A stretch of DNA of 64,000 bases, taken from sequence record ON000910.1; one strand, given 5' to 3'. Below the pieces are notes generated by a model. That model made no database searches. It saw only the letters and a list, made by a program, of their open reading frames with translations, and had not been told where the DNA came from. Shown in pieces: positions 1 through 9,143 of the stretch (position 1 is the stretch's first letter; each line of letters begins with the position of its first letter). The position numbers were made by a program, and so were the translations under genes.

Positions 1-146
1 TCGAAAAATGAGTAGCAATCTTCAGTGTATTCTACTTTCAAAATCGTTTCATGACCTGCATGAACATATACTACGGGGTCGCCGAACGCGCTAATATCCG
101 TATAACTCATCTTCGTGTTTTTCAATAATGCAATTGCTTCTCTCAT
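1..146 (-). CDS. Hypothetical protein, partial (runs off the window start)
   Basis: ATG at 144-146 just after the stop of the 150..434 gene; open to position 1 (MREAIALLKNTK...). Confidence 0.6.
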   Translation of the reverse strand, partial: MREAIALLKNTKMSYTDISAFGDPVVYVHAGHETILKVEYTEDCYSFF

Positions 147-149
147 AGA

Positions 150-434
150 TTAACCTATAAAATTGTTTAATGGGCTGCTCAATCTATCAAGTTCTTCTAG
201 TATTACATCACCATGACACGCTTTAGGCTTACAATGACAACCGAGAATCTTTCCTTTTAGTTGCATAAACTGCTTTTTAAATTCGTCGTCTTGTAATTGA
301 ATGCGTAACCACTCGCGATAAAGCTCAATAACTTCGCTTCGAGTGCCGTCAATCCCTGATTTAAATGGGTTCCCAAACGGGGTGCCGCGACCAATGTACA
401 CATCAAAAGAATGATGAGCAATGTTAACTATCAT
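150..434 (-). CDS. DUF4326 domain protein
   Basis: YIGRGTPFGNPF ... LKGKILGCHCKPKACHGDVI signature. Confidence 0.85.
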   Translation of the reverse strand: MIVNIAHHSFDVYIGRGTPFGNPFKSGIDGTRSEVIELYREWLRIQLQDDEFKKQFMQLKGKILGCHCKPKACHGDVILEELDRLSSPLNNFIG

Positions 435-729
435 TATTTAGCACCACTCTAAACCCAACACCGTGAATGACATTAACACAATCAACAAGACTACCGACAA
501 TCGGCACTGCTTTAACTTCAGCACGCTCGTAACCTGCGTATCGTACAAGCTGAAGAACAACCTTTTCATCACAATCTTTGTACATCGTGTAAGAACCGAC
601 TAAGAAGATGTCATTGTCATCGGCTATATTGTTGATGATCTCTCTTCGAGCGTATCTAGCTGCTTGCGTGCGCATATAACGCTCGAAATCACCATTATCG
701 TTTTTCATTCTATTGATTTGTCGTCTCAT
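424..729 (-). CDS. Hypothetical protein
   Basis: ORF track 424..750; better start at ATG 729 with GAGGTT RBS, downstream of the hairpin. Confidence 0.7.
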   Translation of the reverse strand: MRRQINRMKNDNGDFERYMRTQAARYARREIINNIADDNDIFLVGSYTMYKDCDEKVVLQLVRYAGYERAEVKAVPIVGSLVDCVNVIHGVGFRVVLNNDS

Positions 730-739
730 AATAACCTCA

Positions 740-760
740 AAAAGCGCCATAAAGGCGCTT
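740..760 (-). terminator. Rho-independent terminator-like hairpin
   Basis: AAGCGCC-tttat-GGCGCTT followed by a T-run on the minus strand. Confidence 0.6.
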
Positions 761-938
761 ACTGTTCTGAATATCTAACACCTTTGAGAAATGCCTCAAG
801 GCAATATTCATTATACGATTCGTAAACAACTTGACCGTTGTCTTTTATCTGCCATAGTGATTGATTGTGTTCGTCAATTTCTTCGTTCAGAATGAACCCT
901 TGACGTTCAACCATATCTCGTATTTCATGCTTTCTCAT
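759..938 (-). CDS. Small hypothetical protein (59 aa, not in the ORF track)
   Basis: MRKHEIRDMVERQGF... with GAGGTT RBS; fills the gap between neighbours. Confidence 0.65.
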   Translation of the reverse strand: MRKHEIRDMVERQGFILNEEIDEHNQSLWQIKDNGQVVYESYNEYCLEAFLKGVRYSEQ

Positions 939-983
939 AATAACCTCGTTTTAGAGTGGCGACTCAAGCCGCCACTATTTTAA

Positions 984-2360
984 TTAAAGGACTCGACCAC
1001 CACAGTGTTCGCCTTTCTCTAGTTTAGTACGTACATATGGAATACGTTCTTCACTCAGATCTTTCCAGTATTGATCAGTGTTCGGTGTTGTGCTGTGACC
1101 GTAACCGTAGTTGTGACCGATTTCGTGCAAGAATACACGAGTGTTGTGGTCATAGTTTGCAAGATCATACATCTTAGATTCAGTCTTGGTGTTTGCAGCC
1201 CATGCGAAAATCGCAAAGGTTGTGTGCTCGTCGTATGACGGTGCAACGCCGTAGATTGAAGTTACCCCACCTGTATAACCAGGTGAAGGCAAGTAACCTT
1301 CATCACCAGTCATGATCATATTCGCACGACATGACTCAAAGTTGTTATTGAACCCTGCGTATGCTTTCATCGACGCGCTTACTAATGCGTTTTCACGCTG
1401 CATCTTCAAGATCTCAATAGCACGCACTGAACTGTATTCATACAGTGGAATACGACCTTCCAAGTGAGGGAAGTTTCTCAGGTCATCAGTCTGCGGTGAG
1501 TAAGTCTGATATAGACCAGAACTGTTACCAGTCAGAATCGGTTCAATTAAGCCTAGTTTGTAACCAACCTGTACTGAGTTCGAGTTCACTTGTTTTTGCC
1601 ATGTTTCCCACCACTTCGGGTCTGCCATGTGGAAGTATGATAGATTACCATCACCACCCATCCCCGGGATTAATGTCGCGTTCACCATCAAGTACGGACG
1701 GTCAAACGTCTTATTCGCTTGATCAATCGATGTCTTGATGCTTGATAGATCTTCAGTTGTGTGTAACCAGTTCAACGCTTTAATCCAGAAGCCTGCCAGA
1801 TCACCACCGTAGTTCATGTCGTTAACTGTGTAACATACACGTTTACCGAGCTGATAACGACAGCTCTCGCGGCGTAAGTTAGCCCAACCCACATCAAGCG
1901 AGCCGTTTACATCAAACTTGCTTGAGTCTGCATTCATGCGAAGCGTGTATTCAAAGCCGTTATCAAAACATGCGCTACCTGATACAGAACATGCCCACTT
2001 CAATGGTGCCATAGCAAGTGTACTAAGAGCACGCATATCATCACTTGGTGACATTGTACGCATGTCTGTTGAATCTTTCCAGAACCCGTAACCGTTACTG
2101 TCCATCGAAATGTAAGTGCTATTGACGGTCTGACTGATTTCACCGGTTTTCTTATACTCAGCGTCAGCTTCTTGCATCGCGCTGTTTAACCAGGTACGTA
2201 ACACTGAGTTGTGATAACCGTTCGTCATATGAGGGAACGTGAACTCAGTTGTGAAAGGACTCGGTGTTTCGACACCTTCAGCCGGTAGTCCCGTGAATGT
2301 AGCCGCTGTCGTTGACGCAGTAGAACATAACAATGCTAATGAAAGCCAAAGTTTTTTCAT
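984..2360 (-). CDS. Putative secreted zinc metalloprotease (metzincin motif)
   Basis: Signal-peptide-like N-terminus MKKLWLSLALLCSTAS-TTA; C-terminal HEIGHNYGYGH matches HExxHxxGxxH. Confidence 0.7.
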   Translation of the reverse strand: MKKLWLSLALLCSTASTTAATFTGLPAEGVETPSPFTTEFTFPHMTNGYHNSVLRTWLNSAMQEADAEYKKTGEISQTVNSTYISMDSNGYGFWKDSTDMRTMSPSDDMRALSTLAMAPLKWACSVSGSACFDNGFEYTLRMNADSSKFDVNGSLDVGWANLRRESCRYQLGKRVCYTVNDMNYGGDLAGFWIKALNWLHTTEDLSSIKTSIDQANKTFDRPYLMVNATLIPGMGGDGNLSYFHMADPKWWETWQKQVNSNSVQVGYKLGLIEPILTGNSSGLYQTYSPQTDDLRNFPHLEGRIPLYEYSSVRAIEILKMQRENALVSASMKAYAGFNNNFESCRANMIMTGDEGYLPSPGYTGGVTSIYGVAPSYDEHTTFAIFAWAANTKTESKMYDLANYDHNTRVFLHEIGHNYGYGHSTTPNTDQYWKDLSEERIPYVRTKLEKGEHCGGRVL

Positions 2361-2435
2361 TTTATACCTATATTTTTAAGTTTTATTTTTATCTGTACAA
2401 CCTAACCAGACGTGAATTGCAGTACATCGCTGCAA

Positions 2436-2483
2436 TGTGAAACTAGTATAGCATCATGTCGTTGATATTAAACTAGTTTCACA
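2436..2483 (-). promoter_or_regulatory. Promoter flanked by a 12-bp perfect inverted repeat
   Basis: GTTTAA-17-TATACT on the minus strand; TGTGAAACTAGT (2436-2447) / ACTAGTTTCACA (2472-2483). Confidence 0.55.
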
Positions 2484-2489
2484 ATCTTT

Positions 2490-2771
2490 TTAAATTCGTT
2501 TACCCCATTCAGAGAAGTCACGACCAGTCCAAATGAACTCGCGGTTGGTCAACTCTTCGATAGCTTTTTGAGTTGGTTCGAATGTAAATACGTCACCGAT
2601 ATATTCATAGCCGTACTTCGCTTTTGCTGCAATTTCTCGCATTTCAGCACCTTTTTTCAGCACTTCAGCTTCGCTTTTCGCGATGATGTAACCATCTGGT
2701 CGAGTGCCCCAACCATGCTCAACTTCAGTTACAAGTGCACCGTAACAGACAATCTTTGTTTCAAAACTCAT
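2490..2771 (-). CDS. Hypothetical protein
   Basis: ORF tightly packed in the operon (ATGA overlap). Confidence 0.7.
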   Translation of the reverse strand: MSFETKIVCYGALVTEVEHGWGTRPDGYIIAKSEAEVLKKGAEMREIAAKAKYGYEYIGDVFTFEPTQKAIEELTNREFIWTGRDFSEWGKRI

Positions 2772-3103
2772 GATAAACCTCTTACTTTGATGTTTTCATA
2801 CACAGGCGCGACTTTTTCAAACACGACTGATTTAATCGTTGGTTGATTGTTGTCGATGTTAATCGCATTGATGAACGCAACTATACCGTCAATCGTGTTG
2901 AATTCCATTGATTCGAACCCAATCACATAACGACATTTCACTAGACGCCATTTGCCTTGCTTTTCAAGTGCAATGTAGTTCGATTGGCATGCTTTAGACA
3001 ACCCCATACCCGATAGATCATAATCTTCGTCTCTCAACGTAGTATCAGCTACGATTGCAGTGCGTGGGTTTTGATAATCAACATATAATACAATTTGTTG
3101 CAT
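2768..3103 (-). CDS. Hypothetical protein
   Basis: ORF with coupled start/stop. Confidence 0.7.
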   Translation of the reverse strand: MQQIVLYVDYQNPRTAIVADTTLRDEDYDLSGMGLSKACQSNYIALEKQGKWRLVKCRYVIGFESMEFNTIDGIVAFINAINIDNNQPTIKSVVFEKVAPVYENIKVRGLS

Positions 3104-3396
3104 TAAATTTCTCTCATTTTAGAAATGTTTTGCCAGAATTTCGTTTGCTCGATTTTACATATGATAAACAGAATAAACATAACAATTGACACTAGTAGTG
3201 TACCGATAAACCCATATAACATGATCATAATCATGGGTATATTGTATGTTCGTTCGAATATTATATGCAGACCCGTGAAAATTGCGATAATGTTTGAAAT
3301 TACAAACGTGATAATGAACATAAGAAATAAAAATTCGCCCATGAGATTAACCCTCGTACTTGTATGTGTAATCTGGTGTTGGTCGAATAAAGTCAC
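3103..3396 (-). CDS. Hypothetical membrane protein
   Basis: Two hydrophobic segments; the true start may be a downstream Met. Confidence 0.6.
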   Translation of the reverse strand: MTLFDQHQITHTSTRVNLMGEFLFLMFIITFVISNIIAIFTGLHIIFERTYNIPMIMIMLYGFIGTLLVSIVMFILFIICKIEQTKFWQNISKMREI

Positions 3397-3739
3397 GACC
3401 TTGACGTTGACCTACTAACCAAATTTCTTGAGCACAAGACTCGCAGTAATACGCTCTCATTGCAGTGTTGTAAGAGCTTGCACCTGGTTTTTGACACTGA
3501 GTTACGTTACAGTCGCCGCCTTTCTTACCTTTACGATCATTGCGTTTAGCAAGGTCAATCATTGCTTCATGACGCTCACGAGAACCTAGACGTTCAATGC
3601 GCTCACGTTCATGAATGCGATCCATGATTTCTGCTTGCTTCTTGGCAGTTTCTTGCATTCGATTCCACTCTTTATCATAGTCGCGTGGCTTGTTTTTCTT
3701 TACTTTACGCAATTTGCCGTTGATTACTTGATATGCCAT
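3347..3739 (-). CDS. Hypothetical protein with a C-terminal Cys cluster (possible Zn finger)
   Basis: CNVTQC...YYCESC. Confidence 0.65.
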   Translation of the reverse strand: MAYQVINGKLRKVKKNKPRDYDKEWNRMQETAKKQAEIMDRIHERERIERLGSRERHEAMIDLAKRNDRKGKKGGDCNVTQCQKPGASSYNTAMRAYYCESCAQEIWLVGQRQGRDFIRPTPDYTYKYEG

Positions 3740-3741
3740 GA

Positions 3742-4437
3742 TTAAGCTCCGTATGCTTCAATTAGTTGTTGGCGTTTTGCTTGGCGACGTTTCTCTTCTT
3801 TCGCTCGCTTCTTAGCAAGAATATCGTTGATTCGAGAACTCACGAGATTTGAAATTGCACTGCAAAGTGCTTTCTCTTCGTTATTGGTAAACACGTTTGC
3901 AGGCGTTGCGAGACGCCTCAATTCGCCAGTATAGCGAAAATCTTGATACTTCACAACGAATTTCACATCAGTATCACGATCAATTAGCACAATTGAATCA
4001 TTATTCTCACTAACACACATTTCATTGTTGACGTACTTTGCAACGTGAAAACGCTTCGGTTTATTCAGCATCTTGTCGATGATTGCAAGGGTCGGCTCTT
4101 CAACACCATAGTCGTAATCAAGATACGTCTTAGTCACGTAATTTGCGTATTCAGCTTTGCGCTTTATAATTTCTTTCGCTACGCTCGACCAAGTACCTTC
4201 GATTTTGTCACAATCATCACGAACATCATGAGACCAACAAGAACGTCCGTACTCGGATGCATGTCGCTTACTCACGAACATAACAAATCGTAGTTTGCGT
4301 AGATGTGTGTCAGTCAGATAACCGAGAAGTGGTTTACCATTTGAACCTTTGATTTTAAATGCGTCTAGATTCACAGACGGCTTTTGAAGCTCATCATGGA
4401 AGATGTCGTACACATATTTGCGAGCTGCATTAGTCAT
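3742..4437 (-). CDS. Hypothetical early protein
   Basis: First gene after the promoter at 4468-4496; GAGAGAAC leader. Confidence 0.75.
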   Translation of the reverse strand: MTNAARKYVYDIFHDELQKPSVNLDAFKIKGSNGKPLLGYLTDTHLRKLRFVMFVSKRHASEYGRSCWSHDVRDDCDKIEGTWSSVAKEIIKRKAEYANYVTKTYLDYDYGVEEPTLAIIDKMLNKPKRFHVAKYVNNEMCVSENNDSIVLIDRDTDVKFVVKYQDFRYTGELRRLATPANVFTNNEEKALCSAISNLVSSRINDILAKKRAKEEKRRQAKRQQLIEAYGA

Positions 4438-4440
4438 AGT

Positions 4441-4496
4441 GTTCTCTCTTTCGTTTCGATGCGATAGATATTAACCTAAATAAGTAATACAGTCAA
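4441..4496 (-). promoter_or_regulatory. Early sigma70-type promoter with conserved leader
   Basis: TTGACT (4491-4496) -17- TAATAT (4468-4473), then ATCGAAACGA..GAGAGAAC. Confidence 0.75.
4475..4482 (+). promoter_or_regulatory. Late-promoter-like box
   Basis: CCTAAATA, near the T4 TATAAATA consensus, about 33 nt upstream of the + strand gene at 4515. Confidence 0.45.
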
Positions 4497-4514
4497 CCGA
4501 ATTCGAGAAAAAAG

Positions 4515-5570
4515 ATGATTATTTTTGAAAGCGTTCAATCGCAGCGTGCATTAGAGTACGCATCTAAGTTTATCGTCGATAAGCTTGAAACACAATTAGA
4601 AGCTGCTCTGAGTAGCCCACCATTCGACCCGAACAAACTCGCACTTAATACCAAGAATCTGAACATCAAAACTGGTGAAACTGAGTTCGATGCGCTTCTT
4701 GCGCGTGGTATCGTTGCTTATCTTAAACTTGATAACCAAAACCCAACCGAAATGGGTGTTTGGCGCGGTGCTTTACACGACCCAGAAGCAGGTGAAGCAG
4801 GGAACTTGCAAATCACCGTTGATATAACCGGTGTCACTGCGGTGAGTCAGATTATGGCTAAGTTTAGAGTCGAGAAAGAACAGATGTACAGCACTACATT
4901 ACATGAACTTCAACATGCTTATGATAACTGGCGTTCTGGTGATATAGAAGACTTCGAGACACGCGACGAAGAGGGTGTATATCAACACTCAGGGCGTAAT
5001 AGAGCTTATATCGATAAAGAGTTCATTCGACATGCTAAAGCAGGTCACAAAGCGACACACGACGAATATCAGAACTATTCGCACGAGATAAACGCTCGTT
5101 ATGCACAAGCGATTGCAGATACTAAAGCAGATTTTAAAAATTCACCAGCCACTGCTCAAGCATGGATTAATCGATTTAAACACAACTTTGATGGGTGGGA
5201 CAATATACCAGAAGAGTCTAAGAAACGATTGATTTCGCGTGCAGGGGCTGAACACAGTGAGTCGAGACAACCGTTTAAAGGTAAAGAAAGCAGCTTGATG
5301 TATGCATTGAAAGGGTTTGATGTGAGATACACCAGAGATAAGAAGTTTAGTAAGATTGGTTATTGGTTCAGTCAGTTTAAATACGACGGTCGTAATTCTA
5401 GCGAATTGCTAGATAAACTTGAATTACTAGCACATAAAACTGAAGGTGTAGTTGCACTACCACTTGATGATATACGAGCAAACTCAGCATTATTCGCTGA
5501 AATGCGTAATCGTATGAATCTAGGTTCATGGGAACGAATGGGTTCTAATCATATGATCTACCGACCATAA
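4515..5570 (+). CDS. HEXXH zinc metallopeptidase-like protein, candidate internal virion protein
   Basis: TTLHELQHAYD plus downstream HEINARYAQ (gluzincin-like third ligand); MIIFE N-terminus. Confidence 0.6.
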   Translation: MIIFESVQSQRALEYASKFIVDKLETQLEAALSSPPFDPNKLALNTKNLNIKTGETEFDALLARGIVAYLKLDNQNPTEMGVWRGALHDPEAGEAGNLQITVDITGVTAVSQIMAKFRVEKEQMYSTTLHELQHAYDNWRSGDIEDFETRDEEGVYQHSGRNRAYIDKEFIRHAKAGHKATHDEYQNYSHEINARYAQAIADTKADFKNSPATAQAWINRFKHNFDGWDNIPEESKKRLISRAGAEHSESRQPFKGKESSLMYALKGFDVRYTRDKKFSKIGYWFSQFKYDGRNSSELLDKLELLAHKTEGVVALPLDDIRANSALFAEMRNRMNLGSWERMGSNHMIYRP

Positions 5571-5594
5571 AAAGGGGCTTTCGCCCCTTTTTTT
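5571..5594. terminator. Bidirectional terminator
   Basis: A-run AAGGGGC-tttc-GCCCCTT T-run between convergent genes. Confidence 0.85.
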
Positions 5595-6213
5595 ATTCTT
5601 CATCGCAAATTGTATATGCTTCATCTTCGACGACCATGTGATATGTCCATCTGATTTCTCGTTCAGCGTATAGCAAGTTATCCACAAGAAATCCACAGCC
5701 ATGTGATGCACGATGCCAGTCGTTGTATGGTTTGTCAGGTCGAACGTCTTCCCAGTAAGATTCTCGCTTGAATACTAACGAGTCATCTCGAAGATCTTCA
5801 TAACCGAATTTCCAATTGTGGTCGCGAAGCGTATCAAGACCTTCAACTTCCCAATCGCGATGATCCCCGAAGTCCCAACCTTCGCGCTTCACACCGTGTG
5901 ACTCAACACACTTACAGAGTGGGATGTCCCCAGTCTTTTTGTTGACGATAGCAACAACTACGCCACGTTCAAAGCACGATACTACGTTTTTGATGATCAG
6001 AACGTCGTGTTCTTCTTTGTATTTCACATACGCTGGCTCGATTGATACGTATACATCAGCATCACCATACCAGATTTCTTTATTGTACCCGATTTTCAAT
6101 TTCACATGTTCGTAAATTGAAAGAATATTCGGCTTCATTGCTTCATTTACGATGCGAGTGTAAACCTTGTTGTTAATTTGATTCAACTCTCGCAATGTTT
6201 GTTCAACGTTCAT
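5593..6213 (-). CDS. Hypothetical protein
   Basis: 206-aa ORF in the operon. Confidence 0.7.
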   Translation of the reverse strand: MNVEQTLRELNQINNKVYTRIVNEAMKPNILSIYEHVKLKIGYNKEIWYGDADVYVSIEPAYVKYKEEHDVLIIKNVVSCFERGVVVAIVNKKTGDIPLCKCVESHGVKREGWDFGDHRDWEVEGLDTLRDHNWKFGYEDLRDDSLVFKRESYWEDVRPDKPYNDWHRASHGCGFLVDNLLYAEREIRWTYHMVVEDEAYTICDEE

Positions 6214-6225
6214 GTATTCTCTCTA

Positions 6226-6603
6226 TTAGCTATTGTAAAAGAATAGCCCATCTAGTGTTTTAACTGATTCTTCATTGAAGAACCATGCGATTGCGTCTTC
6301 ACGACGCTTAAAGCGTTTCATGTATGATGAATTGTCTGTACCGTAAAGCACAATTAACCACTCATAACCTTTATGGATTCGCTTCTGTTCGCGTTCTTCT
6401 TCATCTGAGCGTGTCGCTTGTTGCTCAGAGTCGAATAAATGGACAGCGCACCAGCGATGGTCACTCTCAGGTACGTACATTCCCCAAGAATCGCTGGGCG
6501 CTGTAATCGGCATGAATCCCAAGAATATCGTACCTTGCACGAATTGAGAACTCATGTAATTAACCATGTTCATAAAACGATTGGTCGAATATTTGTGTAA
6601 CAT
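6226..6603 (-). CDS. Hypothetical protein
   Basis: 125-aa ORF downstream of a GTTTATC-16-TATAAT promoter (6618-6646). Confidence 0.7.
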   Translation of the reverse strand: MLHKYSTNRFMNMVNYMSSQFVQGTIFLGFMPITAPSDSWGMYVPESDHRWCAVHLFDSEQQATRSDEEEREQKRIHKGYEWLIVLYGTDNSSYMKRFKRREDAIAWFFNEESVKTLDGLFFYNS

Positions 6604-6647
6604 AACATGCTTACTCTATTATAAGAAAAACACAGAAAAGATAAACA

Positions 6648-7325
6648 TCATTTGCGAAGTTTTTTAATGATTTTGTCGATTTCGCCGACGTTTTCTTTCC
6701 ACGACAGAACCCCACGAGCGTAGAATTTTTCTGTGTCAGAAGAATCTTCAGTGAGTTCATAAGGTGTCGCATTGACAATGCAATCTCTGAAGTACTCAAG
6801 CTGCTCGATTGTGTCATCGTATTTCGATTTCTCGAAATCATACATCGGGATATAACGACGCGAGCCACCCCATGCATACACCTCAAGTCGTGTTAAATCG
6901 GGTTGAATTTTGTATGCTTCGTCAATGTTGCACAGACGTTCGATTGTTCGCTCGTCTTCTGCCATATGAGATTCTAAACGCTTCTTCAACTTTTCTGTTG
7001 CTTCGGGGTACTCATCACCGATTTCTTTAATCACACGAGCACACCACCCAAGTCTATAATCTGAAGAGTCTTTCACATGTTGAATAATCTCCTCACGCGA
7101 TAAACGTGTAGGCTCTTTGACTTGGCGAGTCTCGAAATCCATGATATAACCATCTTTGAGAGTAATCCCATTACCGTTCGTAGCGAAAAGATGATCTAGT
7201 ACTGAAAATCGAGTCGGGAAAATCGTGTGATATTCTTGCATCACGTGTTTAATGTAGTCAGCTAATAACATCTTAATTCTCTCTAATTTCAAATTCAATT
7301 TCACCAATCTCGTCACCAAACTCAC
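6648..7325 (-). CDS. Hypothetical protein
   Basis: 225-aa ORF; the true start may be the internal Met (MLLADY). Confidence 0.7.
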   Translation of the reverse strand: MSLVTRLVKLNLKLERIKMLLADYIKHVMQEYHTIFPTRFSVLDHLFATNGNGITLKDGYIMDFETRQVKEPTRLSREEIIQHVKDSSDYRLGWCARVIKEIGDEYPEATEKLKKRLESHMAEDERTIERLCNIDEAYKIQPDLTRLEVYAWGGSRRYIPMYDFEKSKYDDTIEQLEYFRDCIVNATPYELTEDSSDTEKFYARGVLSWKENVGEIDKIIKKLRK

Positions 7326-7545
7326 TCTGTAGTTTCTCGATGACGAATTCTTGATACTTTTCTAATTCAAGCGTTTCGTCGTCAAACTTCTCGAAAAAGA
7401 TGCTCACGCCTTGTGTAAAGGGCATAAACACACCGTGTACGTCGTCTCGATCAATAGATGCTTCGATTCGGTCGAGCGTTTCATCAACGTCGTAATTCTC
7501 GTCATGAATGTTGATGAATATTTCTGTCAAGTCATTAATGTTCAT
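7273..7545 (-). CDS. Small, highly acidic early protein
   Basis: About 27 D/E versus 6 K/R in 90 aa; first gene after the promoter. Confidence 0.75.
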   Translation of the reverse strand: MNINDLTEIFINIHDENYDVDETLDRIEASIDRDDVHGVFMPFTQGVSIFFEKFDDETLELEKYQEFVIEKLQSEFGDEIGEIEFEIREN

Positions 7546-7612
7546 ATTGTTCTCTCTTTCGATTTGATATACGTATGATACAAAAAAGGGCTGACATCTG
7601 TCAACCCTTTTT
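7546..7612 (-). promoter_or_regulatory. Terminator/early-promoter cassette
   Basis: AAAAAAGGG-TTGACA-gatgtcagcccTTTTTT then TATCAT; the -35 lies in the hairpin stem. Confidence 0.75.
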
Positions 7613-7617
7613 TAATA

Positions 7618-9069
7618 TTATTCTTCGTCTTCTTCGTCTTTGTATTCAGATACATCAACACCGTTTTCTTCAGCAAGCTCAATAAGTGCTTCATCAAATG
7701 ACGGACCGAAGTTACCGTTGATAGCGTATTCAAACACTTCTTCTTGGTAAGGTTCAGAGTTCATCATCAAGAACTCAGCCGCTTCTCGACCATCCATACC
7801 CATCACTGTGAATACAGCATTAATTGCAGATGAACGTACGTCTTCGTCATGATCTGCTAGAAGTTCATCAACTCGATAACCTTGTTCGGCTACGTATTGG
7901 CGTTCTTCGTAATCATCTGTATCATCGATCATTCTATCCCAGATATCTTCTGCCATATCGCGACCGAATTCACTTTCGTAGCGTTTCGCATATGTGATAC
8001 GTGTGTCTGCATCGTCGTTTGAGAATGACCAATCCCACGCTGTGTCCCGTACATCTTCATCTGAGTCAAGAACAAGATCCCAAATACCAAAACCCATGTC
8101 CGCAGCTTGTTTACGGTGTTGCCAATCGCCAGATGAAGCAAGTTTATCGCCCATTTCGTAATCTGACTCAACTACCGCTGCACGAACGTCTTCGTCATCG
8201 TGGAAAATCAGCTCTTCGTGCATCAGACCCCAACTAGCAATACGAACTAGAGTTTGCCAATCTGCGTGTTCAATGATTTCATCTTCACGACCTTCATTGA
8301 TCCATGCTTCGATTTGATATTGATCTGCTTCATCAACAAAATCTTCAAGAGACGGTCCGCCACCGAATGCTGTATCGTAGCTGCTAGAACGCTCGTTCTC
8401 GTTGGTAAGAGTGAAAGAGACAGAACCACTCATGCTCATCAACGCTTGGTTAACGTCGCTGTCGCTCATTGAAAGAATACTGCGCGTCACGTTCTTACGA
8501 ACAGAGCGGAAATCGTTTGCACCACCTGCTAGACGTGCAAGCCAACGGTCGCTAATCTCAGTCGAATAGCCGTATTCTTTACCAAACGTCAACGATAGAG
8601 CGTAGTAAAGCATCGGACGAGAAATCAAGTCTTTCAATAGCTTTTTCTTGCTTTCTTCATCTAAACGAGTCGCTTCGCGTCGATTGTTAACAAGTGCGTA
8701 GTACTCGTGATTCTTTGGTAGTTCATAAGCTGCGCTGAAGTCATATTCATACGGCTTCATGCCCATTTCTTCTTCATACGTCTCGGTGAATTCACGTAGA
8801 GTCGTCAATACACCAGAGAATACCGCAGCCGCAGAGTGTCCTGCTTTACCTGTCTGAGCATAACCACCTGAGTTTTGGAATGTAATAGTGAAATAACCAG
8901 GGTTGCTTTCTTCAACACCAACTTCAAATCGCTCACCAGCAGCGTCGAATCGCGCTGAAGTCTCGCCCGTCCCGTTCTCATGACCCCAATCCCAATCAAT
9001 GTCGATATTCGCACGATCAGAAATCTCATCAAGGCGAACTTCTTGATAAAATTCGTTAAATTGTTTCAT
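7618..9069 (-). CDS. Acidic protein with DEDVR (HEAT-like) repeats, candidate internal virion protein
   Basis: MKQFNEFYQE N-terminus; DDEDVRAAV / DSDEDVRDTA / DHDEDVRSSA; TCTAAATA at 9098-9105. Confidence 0.7.
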   Translation of the reverse strand: MKQFNEFYQEVRLDEISDRANIDIDWDWGHENGTGETSARFDAAGERFEVGVEESNPGYFTITFQNSGGYAQTGKAGHSAAAVFSGVLTTLREFTETYEEEMGMKPYEYDFSAAYELPKNHEYYALVNNRREATRLDEESKKKLLKDLISRPMLYYALSLTFGKEYGYSTEISDRWLARLAGGANDFRSVRKNVTRSILSMSDSDVNQALMSMSGSVSFTLTNENERSSSYDTAFGGGPSLEDFVDEADQYQIEAWINEGREDEIIEHADWQTLVRIASWGLMHEELIFHDDEDVRAAVVESDYEMGDKLASSGDWQHRKQAADMGFGIWDLVLDSDEDVRDTAWDWSFSNDDADTRITYAKRYESEFGRDMAEDIWDRMIDDTDDYEERQYVAEQGYRVDELLADHDEDVRSSAINAVFTVMGMDGREAAEFLMMNSEPYQEEVFEYAINGNFGPSFDEALIELAEENGVDVSEYKDEEDEE

Positions 9070-9097
9070 TTAATTAACCTTTTAATGTTGTTTCTTC

Positions 9098-9105
9098 TAT
9101 TTAGA
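9098..9105 (-). promoter_or_regulatory. Late-promoter-like box
   Basis: TCTAAATA about 29 nt upstream of the ATG at 9069. Confidence 0.55.
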
Positions 9106-9111
9106 CAAAAC

Positions 9112-9140
9112 AAAAAAATCCCGTCTTAACCGACGGGATT
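9112..9140 (-). terminator. Rho-independent terminator
   Basis: AATCCCGTC-ggttaa-GACGGGATT plus T-run. Confidence 0.8.
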
Positions 9141-9143
9141 TAA

